Assembly: GCA_048013815.1 (NCBI GenBank)
Contig: CM106585.1
Coordinates: 19,654,001 to 19,718,000, forward strand
From: Setoptus koraiensis
Taxonomy: Eukaryota > Animalia > Arthropoda
Direction of reading: 5' to 3'
Length of the DNA: 64,000 nt
The position numbers and the translations under genes are program-made. Below, one piece after another: positions 25,516 to 36,300 of this stretch (its first letter is position 1; each line of letters starts with the position of its first letter). The notes beneath the pieces were generated by a model. It searched no databases. It saw only the letters and a list, made by a program, of their open reading frames with translations, and was not told where the DNA came from.

Positions 25516-25659
25516 GCAAATTGTACGCATAGGTTCGCACATTCGATTTTGCATGTAGATTCGCCAGCAGCAGCAGCACCATGATGGCACGTAGGGGCGC
25601 GCATGCGCACGGGCGCTAACGAACAAATGAGAATGGACGCATATAGAATGGAGCTCACC

Positions 25660-25666
25660 ATCAGTT
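25660..25666 (+). promoter_or_regulatory. Candidate arthropod initiator (ATCAGTT) for Delta
   Basis: Matches TCA(G/T)T(C/T) about 450 bp before the signal-peptide ATG; no canonical TATA or DPE at the expected spacing. Confidence 0.25.
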
Positions 25667-25747
25667 CGATTTTGGACACTGTACACGTAGCACGTTAACG
25701 TCGCCCTTCAGCAGCAGACACAATTAACAATCGACGAGCCGATTGAG

Positions 25748-25817
25748 AAAATCACACAAAATCACACAGAATCACACAGAATCACACAGAATCACACAGA
25801 ATCACACTAAATCACAA
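25748..25817. repeat. 10-bp array with AATCACA x7 in the Delta promoter/5' UTR
   Basis: AATCACA at 25750, 25760 ... 25810. Confidence 0.95.
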
Positions 25818-26110
25818 ATCGTACCCACGACGTACTAATTAATAAGAATACTAATTAAGCGAGCGACCCACAGCAGCGACATTGAACCAGTTGACGGCAA
25901 ACCACCAAAAATGATGATACAATCACGCAAGACCCTAGTGATCCAAAACTACGACCAGCTACTACAAAACAACCAACCACAACAATGATTGAATCACCGC
26001 TAATCACAGCACAGCAGCAACAGGCAACATTGCAGGCATTTCTAAAACCATCGACCAACAAGATGAACAGAAACCACACAACAACAGATAGAAATAGAAA
26101 TATTATCATT

Positions 26111-29100
26111 ATGCCCAAAGTGTCCCAAATTAAAAAATTAGCTGTTGCAATTGTGGCCCTGGCCGTGCTAGCCAGCCTCACATACGCACACGCGTCGGCC
26201 GTGTTCGAGGTCAACATTGTGTCGCTTATGGACTCCGTTAACAGGGACGTTCGCGACCATTGTTGCCCGCCGCACCAACAACAACAACTAACAGCAACAA
26301 CAGCCAATAATGTCACAACGCACACAGTGGTGTCCAATAGTCGTCACTCAATTCAAATCAGGCACCACAATCATCAGCTGCAAGCCGCCGACAACAACAG
26401 GCCCGCCTGCCAAGACAAATGCCAATTAATGATAAGAATATGTGTTAAATACTATCAGACCCATATAGACCCAAATCAGTGCACGTTTGGCGAAATCAAG
26501 GGCCGAGTGCTGCATGTGCACGGCCTGGCCAACAATCCAAATCAGCAACAGCAATCAAATCAATTCTACAACAACAATAGAAACAGCAACAGGCAACACT
26601 ACCATCATACCAGCCAACAAAATAGTCAAGATTCTTCATCGTATAATCCTCATCATCATGCATTCAGATCATCCAATACCATAGCATTCAATCAGCCTAT
26701 ACAATTTCCATTTAATTTCTCCTGGCCGGTAAGTGTCCGCTACTACTGCATCATATAATATTGCAATGTTATAATATTATAATATGCTGCTAATGCAATA
26801 TAAATTCACACTGGCACCCACAGTGAGATATTTAGAGTGATAACGCGCACTCTTATGCAATCAGGCATATTGGCATATTGTTCGCCACAATGTGCCCAAT
26901 ATCTTGTGCAAAAATGTAACATGTTGCACGCAATCTATTATATATTATATTATTGCCTGTCCCTGTGTGACCAGCACAAGACAAAAGAACTCACAATTCG
27001 CTGGATTACTGATTTACTGGATCAACCAATCAATCAATCAGTAGACAAAGCGTTGATCCGATAGATATAGCCGTCACTCTCTGGCCGCTTCATCTTCAGC
27101 TCGATCTCGTGCTCCGTCTTATGCTTGAGCCCAAGCTCGACCTTATCACTCTATTAATATCCCATGCCATATCTTATCTTTACATTTACAGGGCTCCTTT
27201 TCGCTTATTATTGACGCTTGGCGTGAGTGGCCCACGCAATCTCAGCTACTTACATCTCAAGTGATCCAACATTCAATGCATGGATGGCTAAATATTAAAC
27301 ATGATTGGACTAGCAATGAACATAAGACAGACTTGGCCAAACTAAATTACGCTTACCGTGTTACTTGTCAGCCAAACTATTACGGCGAACAATGCGCCAT
27401 ATTGTGTAGACCTCGCGACGATGCCTATGGACATTATGCCTGCTCTACAAACGGTGAAATAGTTTGCTCACCTGGATGGCACGGTCACTATTGTTCAGAG
27501 CCTGCTTGTTTGCCTGGTTGTCACAAGGTTCAGGGCAACTGCTCTAGGCCAAACGAATGCGATTGCCGATACGGCTGGCACGGACCATTCTGCGATCAAT
27601 GTGTTCGTTATCCCGGTTGCGTTCATGGGTCCTGTCGCAAACCCCACGAATGCATCTGCGAAGAGGGCTGGGGAGGTCTTTTGTGTAACGAAGGTAAGTC
27701 AATACAAACAATTCAATAATTAATGGATTTGCATATGAGCATTTAATATCATTCACAATATACTAACTGCCTATTTGTTTGCTTGCCTCTTATCAACTAT
27801 GTAGATTTGAACTACTGCACTAATCATAGGCCATGCAAGAATGGTGCCACTTGCTCAAATATATTCGATGTCAATGGAACTGGCTCATACAAATGTACTT
27901 GCCCGCCAGGATTTGTTGGCAAGAATTGTGAGAAGAGAATCCAAAGTAAATGTAGCGATTCGCCTTGTATCAATGGTGGCGAATGTTATGAGCTCGTCAA
28001 CAAGGAACTACATTGCTCATGTCCAACTGGTTTTGCTGGAAGACACTGTGAGACCTCTGTTCAGAAATCATCAGAGCCGTCTATGCTTCCTTATGCAGGC
28101 AACACTCTAGAACAACAACAACAACAGCAACAAGTGGTAGCTCAACAGATGAAGAAAGTAAGTGAAAAAGCTTTACCATCTCATCACAATAGCTCAATGT
28201 ATGCATTATCACCAACGACAGTAGCGCCACCTATCATGGCCAGTGTGTCATCGTGTATGCCAAATCCATGCAGAAATGGTGGCACTTGCATTGACCAAGA
28301 CAACACTTTTGTATGTGCTTGTGCCGTACCATACGATGGAATCATATGTGACACTCAATCAGAAAGATTGAGCCCCATTATACCTCAGAATCCAAGAACG
28401 ACAACGCCAACACCCAAGACATCGTCCTATCTAAATGTCATGCCACCAATAAGAGTTGCGACATCACAGCAAACGAGCTCAAACAACAATTATCCAACGT
28501 CCAATCAACGAACAAAGACAACAACAACATCGTCTGAGCTTGTTGATACGTCAGAGCAACAAAATTTTGATGCTTTTGAGCAGCCATCGACAACAACAGC
28601 GAGCAGTATTGATAATGCTCATATAAATATGCAGCCATTGACTACGCAAACAAACAACGTAAACAAACGCCCGACAAGCATTCATGCAAATAGATTCTCT
28701 AACTATCCACATCCGCAGCCGTCGTATTCTATGCACGCAAAAGATGCTAATAGCTCATTTGTCAATACGTTATTTACTATGCAAAATATGTTCTTCGCAA
28801 CTATTGTAATATCGTTGATAGTATTACTATTTAAGAAACGAGATATTATAATAGATAGACTGAACAAGTTGCACTCTAATGATGATGAAGCCCAATTGGA
28901 GAACCATCGAAATCTTCACAAGACATCTAATCGTCATAATCAGACATTGCCATCAGATATTGATGATTCAGAAAGTGATTCGCCGCATGCGCACACAGGT
29001 CAGCAAGTTGATAATGGCATATTTCCATTCTGGGAATCTCATCATGCCCAAGAGAACGGACATGATTATGGCTACAGAGTGATACAGAGAGGTCATCATC

Positions 29101-30161
29101 AAGTGCCATCATCAAATAAGCGACGAGGCGACGCTGACCATCATCAACAAAAGCAACATGGCAATCTAATCAAAAGTAGGTCTTATTGTGCAAATATAAA
29201 CAACAACACTAACAGTGGTGCAACGACAACAACGCCAAGCAATGGCAATGAGAAATCATTGCATCGCAAATCAAGCCACTATCAGCAACAAGTGTCTAAT
29301 TCGGTAAACAATATCAACAATGACATACAAACCATCAGCGCCACATTGGAGGCACAGAACAACAATAACGCAAACCACTATGGCCAAACTGTATCGCCTG
29401 GCAATGCTGTTTCGAACAAAGGCAAGAAATCTCATCGATCATCAAAGAGTCGCAACTACACACAACAACAGCCACAGCAGCAACAACAGCGACAACAACA
29501 GCCCGACTCCCTATATCAATCATCGAGGAGTTTGCATGGTGGCTCAGGTAATTCCCATCACTTGTACGCAGCAGCTAGTCATCAGACAATATATCCACAA
29601 TATCATTACATACAGCATGTAGTGCCTTTGCCAATGCCATTACAAAATCCAATTGATGGCGGAGTGTATGGAGTGGATGAGGTTGATTATCATCCTATTT
29701 ATAGGCCTGTAACAACAACACCATATGGATCTCATTATCAGACCAATTCTCATTATGGCACTTTAGGCCATCCACACCACCCCACCTATCAAGCGGCCGC
29801 TATACATCATCATCCACCTGATCTCGTACAGATGATTCCTACCGCTACTAGACCAGTCGGACCTATAATGTCCACTGGACAGTCTGGCCCTGTTCATGGT
29901 CACCCTGTTTGTCCGCCACCCCCATATGAGTTGCATCATCCGTCGTCTCAACCACAACAGCAACAGCAGCAGCAACAACAACAACAGCAGCAACAACAAA
30001 TTGTAACTGATACATCGGATTGCGACGAACAATCAACAACTCAATCAACTATTGATGCTCATGATAATCAGCATGAACGTTCGTCATCAAATCAATCCGA
30101 TTATGAGCTGTCCATCGAGAATAATACCTCAGCTAATCAAATCTACCAGAGTAGAAACTGA
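26111..30161 (+). CDS. Dl: Delta (DSL-family Notch ligand); join(26111..26728,27192..27693,27805..30161)
   Basis: Signal peptide MPKVSQ...AHAS; C2/MNNL (AVFEVNIVS..HCC..CQLMIRICVKYYQ..CTFG..FNQPIQFPFNFSWP|GSFSLIIDAW); DSL (YRVTCQPNYYGEQCAILCRPRDDAYGHYAC); EGF repeats incl. DLNYCTNHRPCKNGATC; TM before KKR; juxtamembrane DDEAQLENHRN. GT-AG introns 26729-27191 and 27694-27804 restore the frame. An upstream in-frame ATG at 25985 is an alternative start. Confidence 0.95.
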
Positions 30162-30800
30162 GCAGTGGTGCCGTTATTTATTAGTTATTTTATGATCTCA
30201 AGCATTTAGAATAGTTGTTGTTGTTGCACTGAAGGAGTCCAACCCGATGTTGTTATTACTAATGGAAAAAATTGACATAGCCATACAAAAGTAGACATGT
30301 TTTAGCCTGTGATTGAATTAGAGTAATATATCCACGAAGTAAAAAGAAATGATGGATCATCTTATTTGTTGTTGTTGATGTTACCCGAGTCCCTCTCTCA
30401 CCTGAAAGGAGTAATATTGGATATTATGCAATTAGTTGACATAATATGCTAATGTGAAGAGAATCCATTTGGTTGGTCGGCACCACCTAGAGTAGAAAAG
30501 CCAAATCAAGAAATATCAACGATGAAACAACTAGAAACTACATAGTGTCATCACGTTTGGTCTGGGCAGACATGATGATTGATGCATAATTGTGTGTCAT
30601 ACACTTGTCGTCATCGTCGTCTGCCTTAGATGCTGTTAGTTTCTATTTTAGAGAATGTTGGCTCTCAGAATTTAGACTCTATCGCAAGAATCTATCATTA
30701 CGCTGCTTTTAAAGAGATAGCACGCTTTGTAAAAAGGATATATTATTTTTATTATTATTATATTGTATATATTGCATCACATTCACTGACACACAATCAA

Positions 30801-30810
30801 AATAAATAAA
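30801..30810 (+). terminator. Candidate Delta polyadenylation signals (AATAAATAAA)
   Basis: Tandem AATAAA about 640 nt after the stop, at the end of an AT-rich 3' UTR-like tract. Confidence 0.45.
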
Positions 30811-31342
30811 CAAGTAGAAATCTAAACTAGTGTAGAGTTTGCATACATTCATTGTTATGGTAGCGACTATCTATTTGACTCTCGCTATCTTTGCTATATT
30901 TTCTCGCCACCACAATGCAACCTTTGTGGCATACTTTTAGTGTCCATCTGAGGGTGTTTATGCAATCGGATCTGACTGTTAGCCGGATAACAGTTGGAAG
31001 TGGCAATCCTCTAACTGTGCTACATATTTAGATTGATGGCCGTGAATATCAAAATCTTTTCCCTGGTGGTGTCCAAGTGTAAATAGAGAGGAAAGGGCCG
31101 ATTGTCATTGCAACGTAAGAAGAAGGAACAACAACCAGGCTTCATACAACGATGACAGTTGTATGGAGCCTTGTGAGAAGCCGTCAAGAAGCGCATTGTT
31201 GGGCGCCCATACATGGCTGATTATGTTGGTCAGTGTGTCTAGCCAGCCTAGGCAACGGACTCACAACGAGCATGAAGTTTGTTTGATGGTGGTATCATCA
31301 TTGTGTGCTTAACAATTGCGAGCGAGCCCTAGCTGAGCCTCT

Positions 31343-31370
31343 GAGAGAGAGAGAGAGAGAGAGAGAGAGA
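31343..31370. repeat. (GA)14 tract about 210 bp upstream of the membrane-protein gene (GAGA-type element)
   Basis: Read directly. Confidence 0.9.
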
Positions 31371-31577
31371 TCAGATGAGCTAGTGAGATCCGCCGAGACT
31401 TTCCAGTGATGCATTTGCATCTCATAATGGCCATATCAACATGGAGATAATCCTGCAATTAATCGGTGTATATGTGTATGTTTATTTAAACTAATTTAAG
31501 CTAATTTGAGCTAGTTCAAGCTAATTCAGCAATCAGTTTCAGTCGGCGAGATAGAGGAAGCTCAATCATCATTCACA

Positions 31578-33341
31578 ATGGCCATCACCCCCATAGCCTC
31601 AATGCTGGCGCTCACTTTTCTCATTAGTGGCGGTCTCATAAAGCTACAATCGTCGCTGGCGCCCGCGTTGATAGCCACAATAAAGAAACAGGCCCTAATT
31701 AACCAGCAATTGCGTAACAACGAGCAGTTAATAAAGTTGTACCAGCAGCATCAACTGTTGCAGCAGCCGCAGCAGTCTATCTACGCTTCTGACACAGCCA
31801 ATCAATTGCAGCAACTTTTTTCGGCGGCGCAAGCGCCTCTAGTGGCGTCACCACTGATGAGTTCGGCGGCATCAATGCCGGTATCCAATCACCAACAACA
31901 ACAACAACAGCAGCAGCAGCAGCAACACCAAAAGCAACAGTCACAATCGGGTAGCACCACCGTTAGGCCGGCACGGCCGAGCATAACCTTCACACCGCCA
32001 GCCACAACCAGTACACCAGAGATTGCACAACAGCAGTACCAACAGCAGCAGCAACAGCAACAACAGCAGCAGCAACAACAACAACAACAACAACAACAGC
32101 AGCAGCAACAACAGCAGCAACAGCAACAACAACAGCAGCAACAGGTGAGGCCGGCCCTCAATCAGCGACACGATCTCACTAGCCAGACGTTGCCTGCGAC
32201 GTGGCGCGATGGCCGCCAATCGAACCGGCTCACGCTGACCAATGGAACGAGCAACGAGTCGAAATTGTTCAAGATGGTCGGTCGGTTCCGGCGTTCGACG
32301 GCACCCGTTTCAAATGTAGCGAGACCCAAAAAAGAGCAATACGTCCAGTTTGTGCACGTCGACGATCTGGCCGATCACTACTCAGGCGGCGCCAGCGGCA
32401 ACGTGACCGGCTCAGTGTACCAATCGGCAGTTAACCAGGCGCAGACGAGGGCCCCGTCGGTGTGGTCGTGGCTATCTCATCAGCAAGGCGCCAGCAACAA
32501 CATCAACAGAGATGCGCCCGCTAAAGAGGGCAAACAGCGGGACGGCCTGGAGGCCAGTTCTTCGCGTTTGTCGCCGTCCTGGTTGAGCGCTTCGGCGTCG
32601 TCGCTTGCCAGCATAGCGTGGCCGTGGTCGTCGGAAAAGAGTGGCTCGTCGTCTTATTATCCGTCGTCATCTGGTTCGCGCTACAGTTCTAGCTACAATG
32701 GCATGCCTTCGCAATATTACATAAGCAGTAACGGTGATGATTATCAGCAACAGGACTATTATGTGCCTGCATCAACAAAGTATTACAGCGACACCAGTGG
32801 CAACAATCAATTGATGATGCGCAACGGGCTAATAAACGAACGATTCGACGATCATCATCACGAACACGAAATGGCCCATCATGCCGAAGAGAAGGAATTG
32901 AGCTACGTGTTTCCCATATTGTTGGCAGTGTTGATATTGGGCGCACTATTTATACCGTTCATATCGTTGTTCTTTTTCCTGTTGATGTCGGCATTCAATT
33001 GCAACTCGGGCGCAAATTCGGGTTTCGGTCAGATAACGCCAATAATAGGCAGGAGGCGGCGCAAGCGTTCGCTATTGGATCTAGACGATCGGCACAAGCG
33101 CGACTACAATTACACCGGCGGCCAGCCGGCTGTACATGATGATTTTAAGGGCGAAAGTGCGGACACAAACAGCCTAGTGAGCGCCTCTCTATCCAGCATC
33201 TACTGGCAACAGCTCGAGCCAAACATAATGCGCTATCTCGACAAATTGGACACGGCCCTGGAGCGCTGGCACGAGCGCCTGGCCGCCAACAACGGCAACA
33301 ACGACACCAATAATAGCGCTAACAATGGCACTAATTACTAG
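31578..33341 (+). CDS. Uncharacterised single-exon secreted/membrane protein (587 aa) with poly-Q, furin sites and one long hydrophobic segment
   Basis: ATG-initiated 587-codon ORF with hydrophobic N-terminus, Q35 run, RFRR, Ser/Tyr-rich region, HHHEHEMAHH, TM LSYVFPILLAVLILGALFIPFISLFFFLL, then GRRRRKRS. Base composition resembles the other genes, not the flanking desert. Confidence 0.85.
   Translation: MAITPIASMLALTFLISGGLIKLQSSLAPALIATIKKQALINQQLRNNEQLIKLYQQHQLLQQPQQSIYASDTANQLQQLFSAAQAPLVASPLMSSAASMPVSNHQQQQQQQQQQQHQKQQSQSGSTTVRPARPSITFTPPATTSTPEIAQQQYQQQQQQQQQQQQQQQQQQQQQQQQQQQQQQQQQQQVRPALNQRHDLTSQTLPATWRDGRQSNRLTLTNGTSNESKLFKMVGRFRRSTAPVSNVARPKKEQYVQFVHVDDLADHYSGGASGNVTGSVYQSAVNQAQTRAPSVWSWLSHQQGASNNINRDAPAKEGKQRDGLEASSSRLSPSWLSASASSLASIAWPWSSEKSGSSSYYPSSSGSRYSSSYNGMPSQYYISSNGDDYQQQDYYVPASTKYYSDTSGNNQLMMRNGLINERFDDHHHEHEMAHHAEEKELSYVFPILLAVLILGALFIPFISLFFFLLMSAFNCNSGANSGFGQITPIIGRRRRKRSLLDLDDRHKRDYNYTGGQPAVHDDFKGESADTNSLVSASLSSIYWQQLEPNIMRYLDKLDTALERWHERLAANNGNNDTNNSANNGTNY
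32040..32144 (+). repeat. Mixed CAA/CAG repeat encoding 35 consecutive Gln
   Basis: 105 nt of CAR codons. Confidence 0.95.
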
Positions 33342-36300
33342 CATCATCGGGCGGCTAATTACCGACATTATCGGGCATTAAGGGCGCGAGTCGGCTGACA
33401 ATTGCGCCGACGAGCCATCAGTTTGTCGAGCTATCAATTAGCGCTGCACAAACAAACTTATTATTGCAAACGCGCCATAACAAGCCGATAATAGCTGGTT
33501 CGCATTCGTTTGCGGGCCGCCGAGACAATGGCCAACTGGCGGCCGCGGTCGTGTTGCCTCGGCGGCTGTTCTGTTAATTGATAAACCGACTAATTGGCTC
33601 GAGCGGCATCAGCGATGGTGTCGCGGGGGGGGGGGATAATGTGGCGATTAAATTATAAATAAAAGACTGGCGCTCATCACGCTGGAGCTCATATTCAGAT
33701 TTGGTGTCGCCGTAAAACCGCAGTCACTGTGTTGTGTTTTGTTGTGTCGTGTTAGACGCGTCTCAGCCAGCCAATATCCAATATCCGATGCGGGCCAACC
33801 CATGCCCTTGCGGCCACCAAACGACTAAATGAGCCGGCGCAAATAAAATAATAAATAACACTGACATAGCTGTTGTCGTCGTCCGCTAATTAATTAGTCT
33901 CGTTGCTCGGCCGGCGCGCCGACGCGCCGACAAGACAAACAAGATGACTTACACGCTTGTGTGTGTGTGTGTGCCATATGAGCTCGGCAATTGTAATAAT
34001 TGCATGACAGATAATTCCAATCGCTGACTCTTGTTGTCGCTGGCCTGTGCCGCGACAACAAGAATGAGCGCTGCATGTCACGACAAGATCGCGCAGATAG
34101 CGCACAAGCGCCGCCCGACACAATGGGCCGGCGATAAAATGATTTACAAGCGGCACTCTCGTTATTGGCCGCCGTCGGTCACCGCTGGTCACTTTGAGCC
34201 GGCCGACAGCGCCGGCCAGTGCACGCCAGCGAGCTAGGTGGTCCGCTGCCGTCGTCGTTGTTGTCGTGCTCGTCGTTGTTGTCGTTGTCGGCGTTGTCGT
34301 TGTTGTCGTGCTCGTCGTTGTTGTCGTTGTTGTCGTCGCTGGCGTGCTCGTTGGCCAATAAATAACAGGCCGACTTGTTTGGCTACTGGCCGCTGGCCAG
34401 CCTCGGCCAGCAACAGGCCGGCGATCGGCCAGCGATTGGCCGCAATCACGAGGCAATCACAAGGCAATCGCACGGCAATCGCACGGCAATCGCACGGCAA
34501 TCGCGCGGCAATCGGACGGCAAACAAGCGAGTCGGTGCATTGCCCAAATTCAATTGGCAGCTCATAATGCTAATCGCAGCGCATCGTGTAATGGCGGTCG
34601 TGAAAGTGTCGCCGCGGCTCACCTGTCGGGCTCGGCTGTTGGCTCGGGACAAACGATGGGAATGATTTTATTTTCATACTTGGCCGGCGTTGGTGCCGTA
34701 CACGGCACAGCCGCTCGTTGTCGTTGCTCGCCAGCGGCCAACAATGTCACGCCGGCCCAGCCGTGGAATGCCGGCCGCCGCTGGCGCATGTTTACATTAA
34801 GTGTGTGAAAATTACAACAAATCAATATACTGGCCATAATGGCCAGATAATGCCGACCGGCCAGATAATTCCCGAGTTTCCGCGTTCCTGCGCCGGCCGC
34901 CGTAATTGCTGGCAGCGCTTTGTGCAACCTTGAAAGTGAGCCGCCCGTCCAATTCACCTTTCGGCCGCTTTCGCCACCGATTCACCTGTCCCTTGGCTGT
35001 CCGCTGGCTGTCCGCTGGCCGTCCACTAGCTTTGTCGCTGACTGTCCGCTCGGTGTCGCGGCCCGCCGCGACACCGGGCACCGGCCGGTTGCGCCACAAC
35101 GACGGCCGGGCGAGCGGGCACAACAATGAGCGCGTGCTGGCGCACTCGCTCATCGGTGGCGCTGTTTGATTTAGCCATTGCGATTGATCGAGCGCCGCCG
35201 CTACCGGCTACCGAGCCGCGGAGGCGAGCGGCCCGAGCGCCGCAAACAAGTGGCTCGACGCAATCGCTCGCCGGCGCTTCTCACAGGCGACGGCTTTGTC
35301 GTCGAGCGTGTCACGACATGTCGTGACTCTCGTTGCCCGATAATCTTGTTTGGATCGGCGCGAAATCAAACGAGTGCCACATGAATCGTGTGACATGATT
35401 CCTGTGACATGACTCATGTGACACGAAGGCAGAGTGATCCCGCGACGGGCGCACTCTGCGCTCACTCTGCCGCGGCTCGGCCCTGTCGCCGGGCCGCGCC
35501 GGCCCGGCCAGTGAGCGGCCGCCGGCAGCGGACGGCGGCCGGCGCGTCGAGCGACGGACACGCCGTGAGGACGCGAGTGGCGGCGACACTCCCAGAACGG
35601 AGGCGAAAGTGTGATTATGTTTGTTCTGTCGCTGTCGCTGTTGTTGGCGCTGTTGTTGGCGTTGGCGAGCACGAGCTGCTATGACATGAGCGCACACAAA
35701 CCGATGCAAAGTCGTGCGAAAGCATGCAAACCGGCAGCGATATGCCTGTGCCGCTACGGGCACAGGTATGGCGGGACGACGGGCCCGCGGTGACACCGAG
35801 TGGACAGCCAGCGGACAGCCAGCGGACAGCGAGCGCCAGCGACAGCGCCACAGCAAACGGATCGGCACACACCCAGGCCGGGATGATGATGAATATAGTG
35901 TGAATAATTGGCATTCCAACAATTGGCTGCTGTTTGGCTTGCGAGTGTGTTTGCTGTGGGCCAGTTTGTGTGTGTGTGCGCTGGCCATTTGTCATGCGAC
36001 TTGACCATTGGCTGCTCATTTTGTCGGTGATTTCGCGGGCCGGCGGTGTGATCGACGCTGACAGGCCGATCGCTTGTGCATTTGCCAATCGCACGGCACA
36101 CACGCTAACGATGCGCGATGGGAAGATGGGAAATATGAATATGAATAACCGATGACGATAATGGCCCGACAGCGCGCCTAATGAATGGCCGCCGGCTCGT
36201 CATTAGCCAGTGGCCAGTGTCATTGTTTGTCGACAAACAAACTGTCTGGACAAAGTGGCCGGCCGAGGCCGAAGCCGAAGCATGTCCGATGGAATGACGA

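Larger units (their letters stand above)
1100..25700. promoter_or_regulatory. GC/CpG-rich gene desert upstream of Delta; probable enhancer field
   Basis: All ORFs here are low-complexity R/A/G/P-rich shadows of repeats with no recognisable domain; dense short tandem arrays and TF-like motif clusters; sits 5' of a developmental signalling gene. Confidence 0.65.

Noticed and set aside
30307-30313. Single K-box-like CTGTGAT in the Delta 3' UTR
   Set aside because: One 6-7-mer in about 650 nt is near chance; I saw no Brd box, GY box or miR-1 seed to support it.
31889-32219. Poly-Cys and poly-Leu minus-strand ORFs
   Set aside because: Antisense shadows of the CAG/CAA poly-Q tract.
33625-33635. 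G11 homopolymer as a G-quadruplex
   Set aside because: A single short run without additional G-tracts; insufficient for a stable intramolecular G4.
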